Origin: an uncultured Christensenellaceae bacterium
GTDB taxonomy: Bacteria > Bacillota > Clostridia > Christensenellales > UMGS416
Direction: 5' to 3'
Assembly (NCBI GenBank): GCA_944376795.1
Contig: CALWDW010000001.1
Location: 8,915-72,914, forward strand
DNA length: 64,000 nucleotides
The position numbers and the translations under genes are program-made. Below are positions 38,914 through 48,800 of this stretch, piece after piece (within the stretch, counting starts at the first letter, position 1; each line of letters begins with the position of its first letter). Under the pieces are notes generated by a model. It did not search any database. It was given only the letters and a program-made list of their open reading frames with translations, and was not told where the DNA came from.

Positions 38914-40770
38914 ATGTCCCAATGGATCGTTTCCCGCCAAGGACAGCAATGGCGCATTTGCTGGAACAATACCCTCGTTGCTATCGCCCACTGCCATCCC
39001 CATGCGCAAGAGCTGATGGAAGAACTGGAACCCGGTGTCTTCCGATGGACGCGCACGCTGGATCAGCCGGCGCAACATCAAGAGATGGATGTCACCACGT
39101 GCTTTCCGTGCCAGTACGCCATGATCCCAGCCGTGAGCTACAATGGAAACGGCTGGGGTTCCGACCGTGATTACGTAGGCTTCTCCTATCAAGGGGAGCC
39201 CTACAAGTTGTCATGGCATCGTGCTTCAGTGCCTGGCGCGACATATTCCGGCGGCGATGGATTTTCCGTCTCCATGTTTTGCGAAGAGGACGGCGGCTGC
39301 AGCCTGTCCCTTCTAGAGGAAGGTTCGGGAAGGCGTCACCGCCTCTCGTGGCCGGAAGAAGAATCCCCGCGCTACCTTGCTGGAGGACATGGCGGCCAGA
39401 TCTGGGGTGGCCCCATCACCGTCCAGCGTCCGCCGCGCAGCAAATTCATCGCTTATCTCGTCCTGGATCATGATGTCGCGCCGCGTACCGGGTGGAGAAA
39501 GCTCCTGGATACGGCTTGGCGTATGCACGTCCATCCGGTACCCTGCTGGTATGATGCCCAAACCATTCGGCAAATGGAGATCGCCTATACTAAGTCCCTC
39601 TACACGCGGGAAGCAGACCGGGAGGCCTTCAGTATCGGCTTTACGTGGCGGGACGGTCAATGGGTTAAGCGGGACGTCATTCAGTACGAAATCGGCTGGT
39701 GCGGGCAAAACGCCTCCTTGGCCAACAGCCTATTGGCCTATTTTCAGGAAACCGGGGACACAGAAGCCCGAGATATGGCCATCGGCGTGCTGGACAGTTG
39801 GGTGAAACACAACCGCCTCGAAAACGGTCTCTTCCGTGTCATGCTGGACGATCTTCCCCAGGACAAGCTGGATAAGGAAATCCAGGATGCGTGCAATTTG
39901 GGAACGGCGTCCGTCCAGTTCTGGGAAGCTTATGACCGGGCGAAGGCCTGTGGGCTGGATCGTCCCGCTTATGCCCAGATAGCCCAGGGAATTGCCGATT
40001 TTGCATGTCGGATTCAGCGCGAAGACGGGTGCCTAGGCAAAGGATGGTATCGGGACGGTTCCCTCGCGGTTGCCGAAGGAACGGTCGGCGCCTTCCTTAT
40101 CCCCGCACTGCTGGAAACCTACCGCCGCATTCCCGATGCCAAGTATAAGAACGCCGCCCTGGCTGCTCATGCATATTACATGAAGGAACTGGAGGAAAAT
40201 GGCTATACCACCGCTGGTGCCCTCGATACCTATTGCATCGATAAGGAATCCTCCATGCCTCTGTTGCGAAGCAGCCTGGATCTCTATGCGCTGACCCAAG
40301 ATCCTGATTACCTTCGCTATGCCGAGGATGCCGCGTGGTATCTCTCCACATGGCAATGGCACTACTCCACGCCATATCCCGAAGGGACGGCATTACGTGC
40401 CATGCATTACGATACCTTCGGCGGAACTGCCGTCTCCACTGCCCATCTCCACATTGACCCTTACGCGTTACACTATATTCCAGAAATGCTGCAGCTCGCG
40501 GAATATACCGGGCATTTGATCTGGAAGGAACGAGCTGCCGCAATCTGGCAGAACGCCACCCAGGGGATTTCCGACGGCAACCTTGAGGTTATGGGTAAAA
40601 AGCGCCCGCTAGGCAGCCAGGATGAAGGCTTCATGCATACCCGCTTTGGGGATACGTTCCAGGTTTCCCAGTGGTTAGTGGCATGGCCGTGCGCCTTCCG
40701 TCTCGAGGTCCTCCGCAAGCTTGGCGCCCAGATAAGCGATCTGGAATCAGATCTTAAGCGGGACACATAA
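38914..40770 (+). CDS. Uncharacterised glycosidase-like protein (probable N-terminal beta domain plus (alpha/alpha)6 barrel)
   Basis: GGAGG RBS; Trp/Tyr/acidic-rich helical C-terminal half (YEIGWCGQN, GALDTYCIDKES, HIDPY, WLVAWP). The fold is an inference. Confidence 0.6.
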   Translation: MSQWIVSRQGQQWRICWNNTLVAIAHCHPHAQELMEELEPGVFRWTRTLDQPAQHQEMDVTTCFPCQYAMIPAVSYNGNGWGSDRDYVGFSYQGEPYKLSWHRASVPGATYSGGDGFSVSMFCEEDGGCSLSLLEEGSGRRHRLSWPEEESPRYLAGGHGGQIWGGPITVQRPPRSKFIAYLVLDHDVAPRTGWRKLLDTAWRMHVHPVPCWYDAQTIRQMEIAYTKSLYTREADREAFSIGFTWRDGQWVKRDVIQYEIGWCGQNASLANSLLAYFQETGDTEARDMAIGVLDSWVKHNRLENGLFRVMLDDLPQDKLDKEIQDACNLGTASVQFWEAYDRAKACGLDRPAYAQIAQGIADFACRIQREDGCLGKGWYRDGSLAVAEGTVGAFLIPALLETYRRIPDAKYKNAALAAHAYYMKELEENGYTTAGALDTYCIDKESSMPLLRSSLDLYALTQDPDYLRYAEDAAWYLSTWQWHYSTPYPEGTALRAMHYDTFGGTAVSTAHLHIDPYALHYIPEMLQLAEYTGHLIWKERAAAIWQNATQGISDGNLEVMGKKRPLGSQDEGFMHTRFGDTFQVSQWLVAWPCAFRLEVLRKLGAQISDLESDLKRDT

Positions 40771-40939
40771 CCACGGAGCGAACGCCGCCTCTCTTATAAG
40801 AGTATCCGATCTGCGGCATTTGCATTTCGCGACCCAAAGAAAGTTGCCCAGCGCTAGTTTGTGCAGCCGGCCTTTCCCATCTCCGCACATACTGTAGGGC
40901 ACACGGTGATTCAGTCCTATAGATGCAGTTTGCAGAATG

Positions 40940-40990
40940 GCTCGTACTGTACCGGGAACTAAAATAGCCCGGCCAGTGCGAGCTTTTTTA
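40940..40990 (+). terminator. Long terminator-like hairpin
   Basis: GCTCGTACTG..CCGGG / CCCGG..CAGTGCGAGC stem followed by T6. Confidence 0.6.
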
Positions 40991-41216
40991 TTTGGAATGG
41001 ACTTTATCTTGTTTCGCAGACCCGTTCGCCTTTGCCTCTCATGAGGTTCCTGATCGTCAGACCGGGAGTTTGTTTGCCCGTGCGGCGCTTCGCCGCCACA
41101 ACGTCCAACTTCCTTCTGATTCCGCCACAAGATGGTCATCCTTACCTTGGCTAACAGCTCCTCCTTCCAAATTAGCAACGGTCTTTCATCCCCAAGCTAT
41201 TGTCCATACTGGGCAT

Positions 41217-41258
41217 AAAAGAAAAGCATGCCTCCGCCAGCTGGCGGGGGCATGCTTT
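41217..41258 (-). terminator. Terminator after the GH43 gene
   Basis: AAAGCATGCC.CCGCCA / TGGCGG.GGCATGCTTT stem followed by TTCTTTT on the minus strand. Confidence 0.75.
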
Positions 41259-41273
41259 GTGCTTTTGGCCTGT

Positions 41274-42209
41274 CTACAGACGCCATTCCTCCACAAAGGG
41301 GATCTGCATCTGATCCTCATCCCACTCGATAGGGAGCCACATGTACCGCGAATCCTGAAGATTTTCTGCCTTCCAAATATCGGCCATAAAGATATAGGTA
41401 TCTTCCATGTCTTCGACCTTCAAAATGTGCGTCGACTGACCTCCATAGGTGAGTTCTGCACCTTCGCTGACGCAAGGATTCCCCAGCAGAGTCCATGGAC
41501 CCATCACGCTATCCGCTACGGCCACCCGCGCTACATTGGGAGCCCATCCGGTGCAGTAGCTTGTCACCATATAATAACGCCCGTTGCGTTTCATAACACA
41601 GGGGGCCTCCCGATACTCTCCTTCGAAATTCCGGGTATAGGTTCCATCAAATCCCGTATAATCCGCGTTCATCCGAGAGCAGTACATGGTGGCATTGTCC
41701 TCGGAAGAATGGAACAGATACGCCACGTCGTCATCATCCACAAAGACCGTCATATCTCGGGACATCTCTCCCGCATTGGGCCGGAAAGAACCCAGGTAGG
41801 TGAAGGGACCGGTAGGACTGTCCGCGATGGCGACACCCGCCCGGGCAAACTTGTAGTCAGCCGTATCCACATGGGCCCAAAGCAGATACTTCCCCGTCCG
41901 CTTATTGTAGATGCACTTCGGGCGTTCAAGAACCTTCCCGGTATAAAGGTCGCTGTCCGGATCATCCGACGCCGGAAGCACCACGCCCTCGTTCTTCCAA
42001 TTGTAAAGGTCGGTAGAGCTATAGCAGCTAATGCCAATCACGTCCACCCGTGCAAGGTTTTTGCCCTCGACAGTGCAGTTGTCCGCACCTTTGTTCTCCC
42101 CATACCAATAGTAGACGCCATCCTTATAAAGAATGCCGCCGCCATGTGCCTGGATAACGTTTCCGTCGGTATCCAGCCAAACTTCTTTGGGATGAAATGC
42201 CGTGTACAT
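41274..42209 (-). CDS. Glycoside hydrolase family 43 (GH43_24/37-like five-bladed propeller)
   Basis: IQAHGGG, YYWYGE, YSSTDLYNWKNEG, VLERPK, SRDMTVF, YREAP, GGQST, YMWLPI. Confidence 0.88.
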   Translation of the reverse strand: MYTAFHPKEVWLDTDGNVIQAHGGGILYKDGVYYWYGENKGADNCTVEGKNLARVDVIGISCYSSTDLYNWKNEGVVLPASDDPDSDLYTGKVLERPKCIYNKRTGKYLLWAHVDTADYKFARAGVAIADSPTGPFTYLGSFRPNAGEMSRDMTVFVDDDDVAYLFHSSEDNATMYCSRMNADYTGFDGTYTRNFEGEYREAPCVMKRNGRYYMVTSYCTGWAPNVARVAVADSVMGPWTLLGNPCVSEGAELTYGGQSTHILKVEDMEDTYIFMADIWKAENLQDSRYMWLPIEWDEDQMQIPFVEEWRL

Positions 42210-42233
42210 TGGTCGCACCCTCCTCTTATAACC

Positions 42234-43109
42234 TCATGATAGCGTGAAAAAATCCCAGCGCCGTGTCCAGGTATATGTCTCTCCCGGCTCCACATCCAAA
42301 GCCACGAACGCCTCCGGGCATACGGTATGCTCTTTTCCCCAGACATTAATCTGCATGAGAGGGAAATCCCCGCTTTCCCGCACACCTACTCCGGCGCGGC
42401 TATCCCGCAGCGTAAAGCGGACCCCCGGCTCGTGGGGAACCTGGGGAATGGAAAACCAGAATACCGATGGAACCCCCACAAAGGACAGGCGCCGTCCCTC
42501 AAACCGCAACATGGGAAAACTTCCAGCAGCATCCTCCAAGGGGGCCGGAAAGTCCACCGTCACGCCGGAGTCGATCGGCCGGCCGTCCACAGCTAGGAAG
42601 TTATGGTTGTATTCCGTGGTATGGATGGCCCGCTCCCCCACGTTCCGCAGCGTCGACTTCACAAAGAGGGAAGTATCCTGCAGATAGAGACGCTTCTCCA
42701 AGGCAGCTGCATACCCGCGGCACGGTAGAGGCTCGATGGCGAAGCACAGGGTGCCATCCTCCCACCAGACACGTTTCTCCGTTGGCTCCAACGGATAGTC
42801 GCGCATATGATCATAGCGGCCATCAATCGTCTTAGTCAAAGACCCCACTGCTAGTTTGGGAAAGGTTTCTCCCACCTTGGCTTCATCCCAACCCAAAGGC
42901 TTCACCAGACCAAAATCATTGGAAAGACCAACACCTTCGGAATTGGGACCCTCCGCACCAGCAGGCAGTTCTACCGTACAGAAGGTATGCCGACCGTCCA
43001 GGGTTACCTGGGTCACCATACCAGTCCAGTCGAAGCGCATACGGCGGTATAGGGAACCAGGATCGGCCACCTCGACATGCAATCTCTCGTTCTCCAGCTG
43101 CATGGACAA
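42234..43109 (-). CDS. Galactose-mutarotase-like (aldose 1-epimerase fold) protein
   Basis: Beta-rich; YNHNF and CPE resemble the His and Glu mutarotase motifs; co-oriented with GH43. Confidence 0.55.
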   Translation of the reverse strand: MSMQLENERLHVEVADPGSLYRRMRFDWTGMVTQVTLDGRHTFCTVELPAGAEGPNSEGVGLSNDFGLVKPLGWDEAKVGETFPKLAVGSLTKTIDGRYDHMRDYPLEPTEKRVWWEDGTLCFAIEPLPCRGYAAALEKRLYLQDTSLFVKSTLRNVGERAIHTTEYNHNFLAVDGRPIDSGVTVDFPAPLEDAAGSFPMLRFEGRRLSFVGVPSVFWFSIPQVPHEPGVRFTLRDSRAGVGVRESGDFPLMQINVWGKEHTVCPEAFVALDVEPGETYTWTRRWDFFTLS

Positions 43110-43267
43110 TACCTACTCTCATTCAAGCATTCTCAATATAGTATAGCAGCATTCCACAAAAATCCCATTTTGCAATTTGACCGAATGAATGGACTTTCTT
43201 GCGCAAATTCAATAGTCCCGCCTGGGACGCTGCTTTACTGCCGATTGCCAGAAGGCGTGGATAGGGC

Positions 43268-43296
43268 GCATAATTTGCGGAACCCAACAAATACTA
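43268..43296 (+). promoter_or_regulatory. Sigma-G/F-like promoter of spoVT
   Basis: GCATA-17 nt-AATACTA. Confidence 0.55.
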
Positions 43297-43353
43297 TCTT
43301 TGCCAAAGGCGCAGAACATTCCACTCTACACGACACAAGGAGGCTTTACCAAT

Positions 43354-43905
43354 ATGAAGGCTACAGGTATTGTTCGCAGGATTGACGAACTGGGTCGGGT
43401 CGTAATTCCAAAGGAAATCCGGCGCACCCTGCGGATTCGCGAGGGAGATCCCTTGGAAATATTCACCGACCGCGAGGGTGAGGTCATTCTCAAAAAATAC
43501 TCTCCCATCGGAGAAATGGGAGAATTTGCCCGGCAGTTTGCCGACAGCGTGCAAAGAGCCGTAGGACACACGGTCTGCATATGTGACCGTGATGTCATCC
43601 TCTCCATCGCCGGCGGGCAACGCAAAGAGTATATGGACCGCGCAGTAAGCCATGCGCTAGAAGTCCTAATGAATGACCGGCAGATCCTGCACACTTCCCA
43701 GCCTCATGAAATGATCCCCATCATCGACCACCAGGAAGACGCCTCCGCGTTCACCTGCCAGCTCATCGTACCCATTATCACCGAGGGCGAAGTCATCGGC
43801 GCTATCATCATCTTTGATACTGAACCCGGCGCCGTATTGGGCGACACCGAGATGAAGGTAGCCCAGTCCACTGCCGGGTTCATCGGCAAACATATGGAAA
43901 CCTGA
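43354..43905 (+). CDS. spoVT: Stage V sporulation protein T
   Basis: MKATGIVRRIDELGRVVIPKEIRRTLRIREGDPLEIF AbrB domain plus GAF domain; AAGGAGG RBS. Confidence 0.97.
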   Translation: MKATGIVRRIDELGRVVIPKEIRRTLRIREGDPLEIFTDREGEVILKKYSPIGEMGEFARQFADSVQRAVGHTVCICDRDVILSIAGGQRKEYMDRAVSHALEVLMNDRQILHTSQPHEMIPIIDHQEDASAFTCQLIVPIITEGEVIGAIIIFDTEPGAVLGDTEMKVAQSTAGFIGKHMET

Positions 43906-43932
43906 CCCCCGCGTTCCTCTCCCTCTCCTCCA

Positions 43933-43974
43933 GCCAAGCTCCCCCCGCCGCATAAGCGAAGGGGGGAGCTTGGC
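43933..43974 (+). terminator. Hairpin after spoVT
   Basis: GCCAAGCTCCCCCC / GGGGGGAGCTTGGC 14-bp stem. Confidence 0.65.
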
Positions 43975-43993
43975 TCTACCGTGCTTTCATTGC

Positions 43994-44022
43994 TTGCCAA
44001 GGCGCTCCTTCGGGACTATAAT
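43994..44022 (+). promoter_or_regulatory. Sigma-A promoter of the amidohydrolase
   Basis: TTGCCA-17 nt-TATAAT. Confidence 0.7.
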
Positions 44023-44071
44023 AGAGGTGCAATCCCTGTAAAAAAGCATTTCTATCACGGAGGTCATCATT

Positions 44072-45226
44072 ATGCTGCTGATCAAGCACGGACAGATCCA
44101 TGACGCCAAAAATCCCGCGACTTTCATTGCGGACATTCTGGTGGATCAGGGAAAGATTATCAAAATTGCGCCAGATATTGACTGCGATGCGGCTGACATC
44201 TATGACGCCTCGGGAAAAGATGTTTATCCCGGCTTTGTCGAAGCCCATGGACACATTGGCCTGGACGGCTATGGCATTGGCTTTGAAGGACAGGACTATA
44301 ACGAGATGGGCGACATCCTGTCGCCCCAGCTTCGGGCCATCGATGCCATTGAGCCGCGAGACCAAGCCCTGGTGGAAGCTCGCGAGGCAGGCGTTACCAC
44401 CCTGTGCGTTGGACCCGGTAGTGCCAATGTCCTGGGAGGCACCTTCGCCGCCATTAAGCCCGTTGGCTGCCGAGTTGAGCAAATGTGCATCAAGGCCGAA
44501 GTTGCCATGAAATGTGCCTTTGGTGAAAATCCCAAGCGCTGCTATCGGGATAAGGGTAACTCCAGCCGTATGACCACAGCCGCCCGTCTCCGGGAGATGC
44601 TGTTCAAGGCAAGAGAATACATGGAAAAGCTGGATCGGGCCCAGGATGATCCGTCGGCGCGTCCTGCCTTTGATATGAAACTCCATGCCCTGCTCCCGGT
44701 GCTGCGTAGGGAAATGCCGCTGAAGGCCCACGCCCACCAGGCTAATGACTTCTTCACGGCCCTGCGTATCGCCAAAGAGTTCGGCGTGGACATCACACTG
44801 GAGCACGTAACCGAAGGCCATCTGGTGGTCGAGGAACTAGCCAAGGAGAATGTCATGCTGGCAGTCGGCCCCTCCTTGGGCCATGCCAGTAAGTTTGAGT
44901 TGCGGAATAAATCGTGGGTCACACCGGGGCTTCTTGCCAAGGGCGGATGCCATGTATCGATCATCACCGACTCCCCTGTCATTCCGCAGAAGTATCTGCC
45001 CCTCTGTGCCGGTTTGGCGGTAAAGGCCGGAATGGATCCTTTTGACGCGCTGCAAGCCGTCACCATTCATCCCGCCGAGCACATAGGCGTGGCTGATCGC
45101 GTTGGTTCCCTGGAAGTTGGCAAAGATGCCGACATCGTCATAACCGATGGCGATCCTTTCGCGGTGGAAACCACCGTGCTGGCTGTGTTCATTGACGGCG
45201 TTATGGTTCATTCCGTCTCAATCTAA
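44072..45226 (+). CDS. Metal-dependent amidohydrolase
   Basis: PGFVEAHGHIG, KCAFGENPK, KAHAH, LEH, ITDSP, GSLEVGKDADIV. Confidence 0.9.
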   Translation: MLLIKHGQIHDAKNPATFIADILVDQGKIIKIAPDIDCDAADIYDASGKDVYPGFVEAHGHIGLDGYGIGFEGQDYNEMGDILSPQLRAIDAIEPRDQALVEAREAGVTTLCVGPGSANVLGGTFAAIKPVGCRVEQMCIKAEVAMKCAFGENPKRCYRDKGNSSRMTTAARLREMLFKAREYMEKLDRAQDDPSARPAFDMKLHALLPVLRREMPLKAHAHQANDFFTALRIAKEFGVDITLEHVTEGHLVVEELAKENVMLAVGPSLGHASKFELRNKSWVTPGLLAKGGCHVSIITDSPVIPQKYLPLCAGLAVKAGMDPFDALQAVTIHPAEHIGVADRVGSLEVGKDADIVITDGDPFAVETTVLAVFIDGVMVHSVSI

Positions 45227-45240
45227 GGCTTTCCAGTAAG

Positions 45241-45285
45241 AAAAGGCACCTCGCACACATGGAATGTGTGTCAGGTGCCTTTTTT
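45241..45285. terminator. Bidirectional terminator
   Basis: AAAAGGCACC..CACACAT / ATGTGTG..GGTGCCTTTTTT between convergent genes. Confidence 0.8.
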
Positions 45286-45301
45286 GCGAAAGCCGTTTTT
45301 T

Positions 45302-45892
45302 CTAGGGATTCAGTGCCTTGACAAGCATACTGTAGGCATGATCCATCTTCGCGCTATCCTCCGCTTCGCAGTCCCATGCAAGTCCTAAATAAAAGCTGCG
45401 CAAAACATCGTGCTGATAGCCTATATCCTCCTGCGCCGCTACGATTCCCTCCGCTGCGCCGCGATCGATCACCACGTCCGAAGCCTCAAACAAGCGCCGC
45501 CGGTACTCCAGAGCCGATGCGCGTACCCCATCCATCGCGTACGAAGAGAGGCTTTCGCCTAGATAGGGAGCCATCGTCCACATGGCTAGGAACCCCTGCA
45601 CCCCCATGAGGATTACATGCTCCATAGCGCGGTACACAGTCTCCCGGAATTTTCCGGGGGACAGCAAAATAGCCAAGAGCTTTTGGAGTTCCTTCTCCAT
45701 ACAATAATTCAGTGCCCTAGCAAAGAGCTCCTCCTTGCTGGTAAAGTATTCATAAACGGTTCCCTTCCCAATGCCTGCCGCTTTGGCAACATCAGCTATG
45801 CGGAGCGTATGCATATCGGCGCCGTCCCGGCAAAGCGCCGTCACGGCCTCTAGAATCGCCCGCTCCTTTTCAGCGTATCCATCAATCCCCAT
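45302..45892 (-). CDS. TetR-family regulator
   Basis: IADVAKAAGIGKGTVYEYFTSKEELF HTH; overlaps the RND stop codon. Confidence 0.9.
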   Translation of the reverse strand: MGIDGYAEKERAILEAVTALCRDGADMHTLRIADVAKAAGIGKGTVYEYFTSKEELFARALNYCMEKELQKLLAILLSPGKFRETVYRAMEHVILMGVQGFLAMWTMAPYLGESLSSYAMDGVRASALEYRRRLFEASDVVIDRGAAEGIVAAQEDIGYQHDVLRSFYLGLAWDCEAEDSAKMDHAYSMLVKALNP

Positions 45893-48800
45893 GGGAGGTT
45901 TCCTCCAGATCCACTTCGCGCAGAGGACGCCGCTGGAAAATATCATAGAGCACCGGAACCACCAGCAGGGTTAAAAGAGTGGCATACGTCAGGCCGCCGA
46001 TAGTGGTAATAGCCATAGGCTGGCTCATATCCGCTCCCATACCCACGCCTAGGGCCATCGTCAGCATGGCCAGCACAGAGGTCAGCGCCGTCATGAGGAT
46101 GGGCCGCATGCGCAGACGGCCCGCCTGTACCAAGGCTTCCCGTTTCTCCATGCCAGCCAGGCGAAGCTGATTGACACAATCTACGAACACAATGCCGTTG
46201 TTCACCACCACGCCCGTCAGCAGCAGGAAGCCCACCATAGCGATGATGCTGATTTCCGTACCGGTGATCCAAAGCGCCAGCAGACCACCCGTAAAGGCCA
46301 GCGGGATAGTAAACATCACGATGAACGGCGACATAAGCGAACGGAACTGCGCTACCATAATCAGGTAAATCAAGGCGATGCCCAGCAAAATCATCAAAAG
46401 CAGGTCGTTGATTGCCGAATCGATCTGCTGGCTTTCCCCAGCGATCTCCAGCGTATATCCATCCGGCAGTTCGTACGTATCCAGAGTCTTTTCCAGCTCG
46501 CGGCTCACAAGCCCTATATTGTGTTCGGCATCCAGGCTGGCTGTAACGCTCAGGCAGCGCACCTGATTCTCTCTGCGGATAGACGTCATCCCCTGGGCCT
46601 CGGAAATGGTGGCAATATTCTTTAGGCGGACGCTGAGCTCCTCGCCATTTTGGGTCCCCGTCAGGACATAGTCAGCCAAATCCTCCTTTCCCACCCCTTC
46701 ACGGACCAGCACCACCGGATACGACGCATCCTGGACCTCTAGGGTTGTAGCCGTAGTTTCGGTTTGAATGGCTTGAGCAATCTCCTGATACACCTGGGCC
46801 ACAGTCAGTCCATACTCCATGGCCTTATTCTTATCCACAACAATGCGGGTCTCAGCGGGCGCGTCCTCCAAGCCGGTGGAAATCTCCAGCACCCCTTCTG
46901 TATCCCGCAGAATGGATTCCATGTCAACTGCAATGGACTGGAGCGTATCCAGGTCTCCACCCTTGATGACAAGTTCAATGCCCGAGCCCAGCACACTGGT
47001 CATGTCCATGGCCGAAGCCTGGACGGACAACTCGCAGTCCATATCCGCGGTAGCGTCCCGAATCATCTGGGCAATTTCCTCATTAGAATGGGTTTTATCC
47101 TCCCGGAGGATAATGTAGAAAGACATGCCATCTCCGCTGGAGCTCCCCATGCCTCCCAGCATCATGCCCGAACCGCCCTCCAGGGCGCCAACGGTTTCTA
47201 CTTCCTCGAGCGCCAGGACGCGCTCCATGAAGGCGTCGCTCATAGCCAAGGTCTCATCACGGCTGCTCCCTTCCGGCATCGAAAGGCTGGCTGTCATCTG
47301 GGTCGAATCCATGCTGGGCATCAGGCTGGTTCCCATTTGCAGCGCCATATAGCCGCAGACAACCAAGAGCACAAGGGAAAACGTCAAGACAACCGGTTTA
47401 TACCGCAGGCAGAAGCGGAGCACCTTTTCATATCCATTAAGGAACCCTTCCATCATCCGGTGGGACCTCTCACGGGTGTGGACCAGCATCTTCGAGGCCA
47501 TGCTGGGCACGAGGGTTAAAGCGACAAGTAGGCTGGCCATCAAAGAATAGGTGATGGTCAAAGCCATATCCGTGAAAAGCTGCCGCGTAAGGCCCTGGGT
47601 AAATACCAGCGGCAGGAAAACGCAGACCGTAGTCAGAGTTGAGGAGAAGATAGCACCCGCCACTTCGGAGGCTCCCTGCACGGCTGCCTTTGCCGCGCTT
47701 ACGCCCTGGCTGCGCAGCCGGTAAATGTTCTCGATCACTACAATGCTGTTATCCACCAGCATGCCTACGCCCAAGGCCAAGCCTGACAGCGAAATTACAT
47801 TCAGAGTAATCCCGGAGAAATACATCAGTACCACGGCAAACATAAGGCTGATGGGAATGCTCAAGGCGATAATCAAAGTGGGCTTATAGTCCTTGAGGAA
47901 GAAAACCAGCAACAGGATAGCCAGCAACCCCCCGTAGAGCAGATTGCTCAATACGCTGCTGGTAATCAGGTTGATATACACCCCCTGGTCCATCAGGGTA
48001 GTAATGTGCAGCCCGGCTTCCTGCTGCGAGAGCTCCTGCACCACCGCTTGGATTCTCTCGGACACCTCGGCCGTGGACATGGTGCTCTGCTTTTGGAAAG
48101 AAAGAATGATGCCGTCGCGGCCATTGACCCGTGCGTACTGCTCTCCGGCATTGTCCGCAATCTCCAAAGTTGCCACATCCCGGAGATAAACGTCCCCTAC
48201 CTCTTCCACATCCACGTGGAAGAGTAGCAGGTTTTCCAGTTCCTCCACACTAGTAAAGGCATTGCCCACCTTAATAAGATGATCTTCGTTTTGATAGGTC
48301 ACATAACCGGCAGGCATGGAAAAATTCTCTGCCGTAAGAATTCCACTGATCATATCCCCGGTAAGTACGCCGCTGATATCCGCCGCCTCGTAGGCTGCGT
48401 CCCGGGCCTTTTCAAACTCCTCGGTTGCTTGGTCCAGCTCCACCTCACCATCGGCAATCTGCATGGCAGCCTGGGTCAGCTCAGAGGTCAGGGTCTGCTG
48501 TCCGGCTTCCAACTGCTTCTGCTGGGCAGTCAGCTGCGCCAAGGCGCTCTCAATCTCCGCCTTGGACATGGGCATCGCTGCCAGCGTCTGTTCATTGACC
48601 GCTAGCTCTCGGGTTACGGTATTCAGTTGGTTCCGCGTTTCCTCCAGCTGGGTCTGCAGCTGGCTGCGCTGAGCCCTGAGCTCGTCCAAGGTTGGGGTTC
48701 CAGGGGGGAGCGTAGGAATCTCCCCCGGCACAGTGGGCGTGGGGGCTGCTGTCTCCTGGGGCATTTCGGTTGGTTCGGGCGTTGCATCCGGCAGCGGGGT

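Noticed and set aside
40747-41178. 143-aa minus-strand ORF, and a c-di-GMP-I-like GGGCAAAC sequence in the same gap
   Set aside because: The ORF has no RBS-start pairing or protein-like composition and overlaps a terminator; the GEMM GNRA/receptor and P2 elements are not matched.
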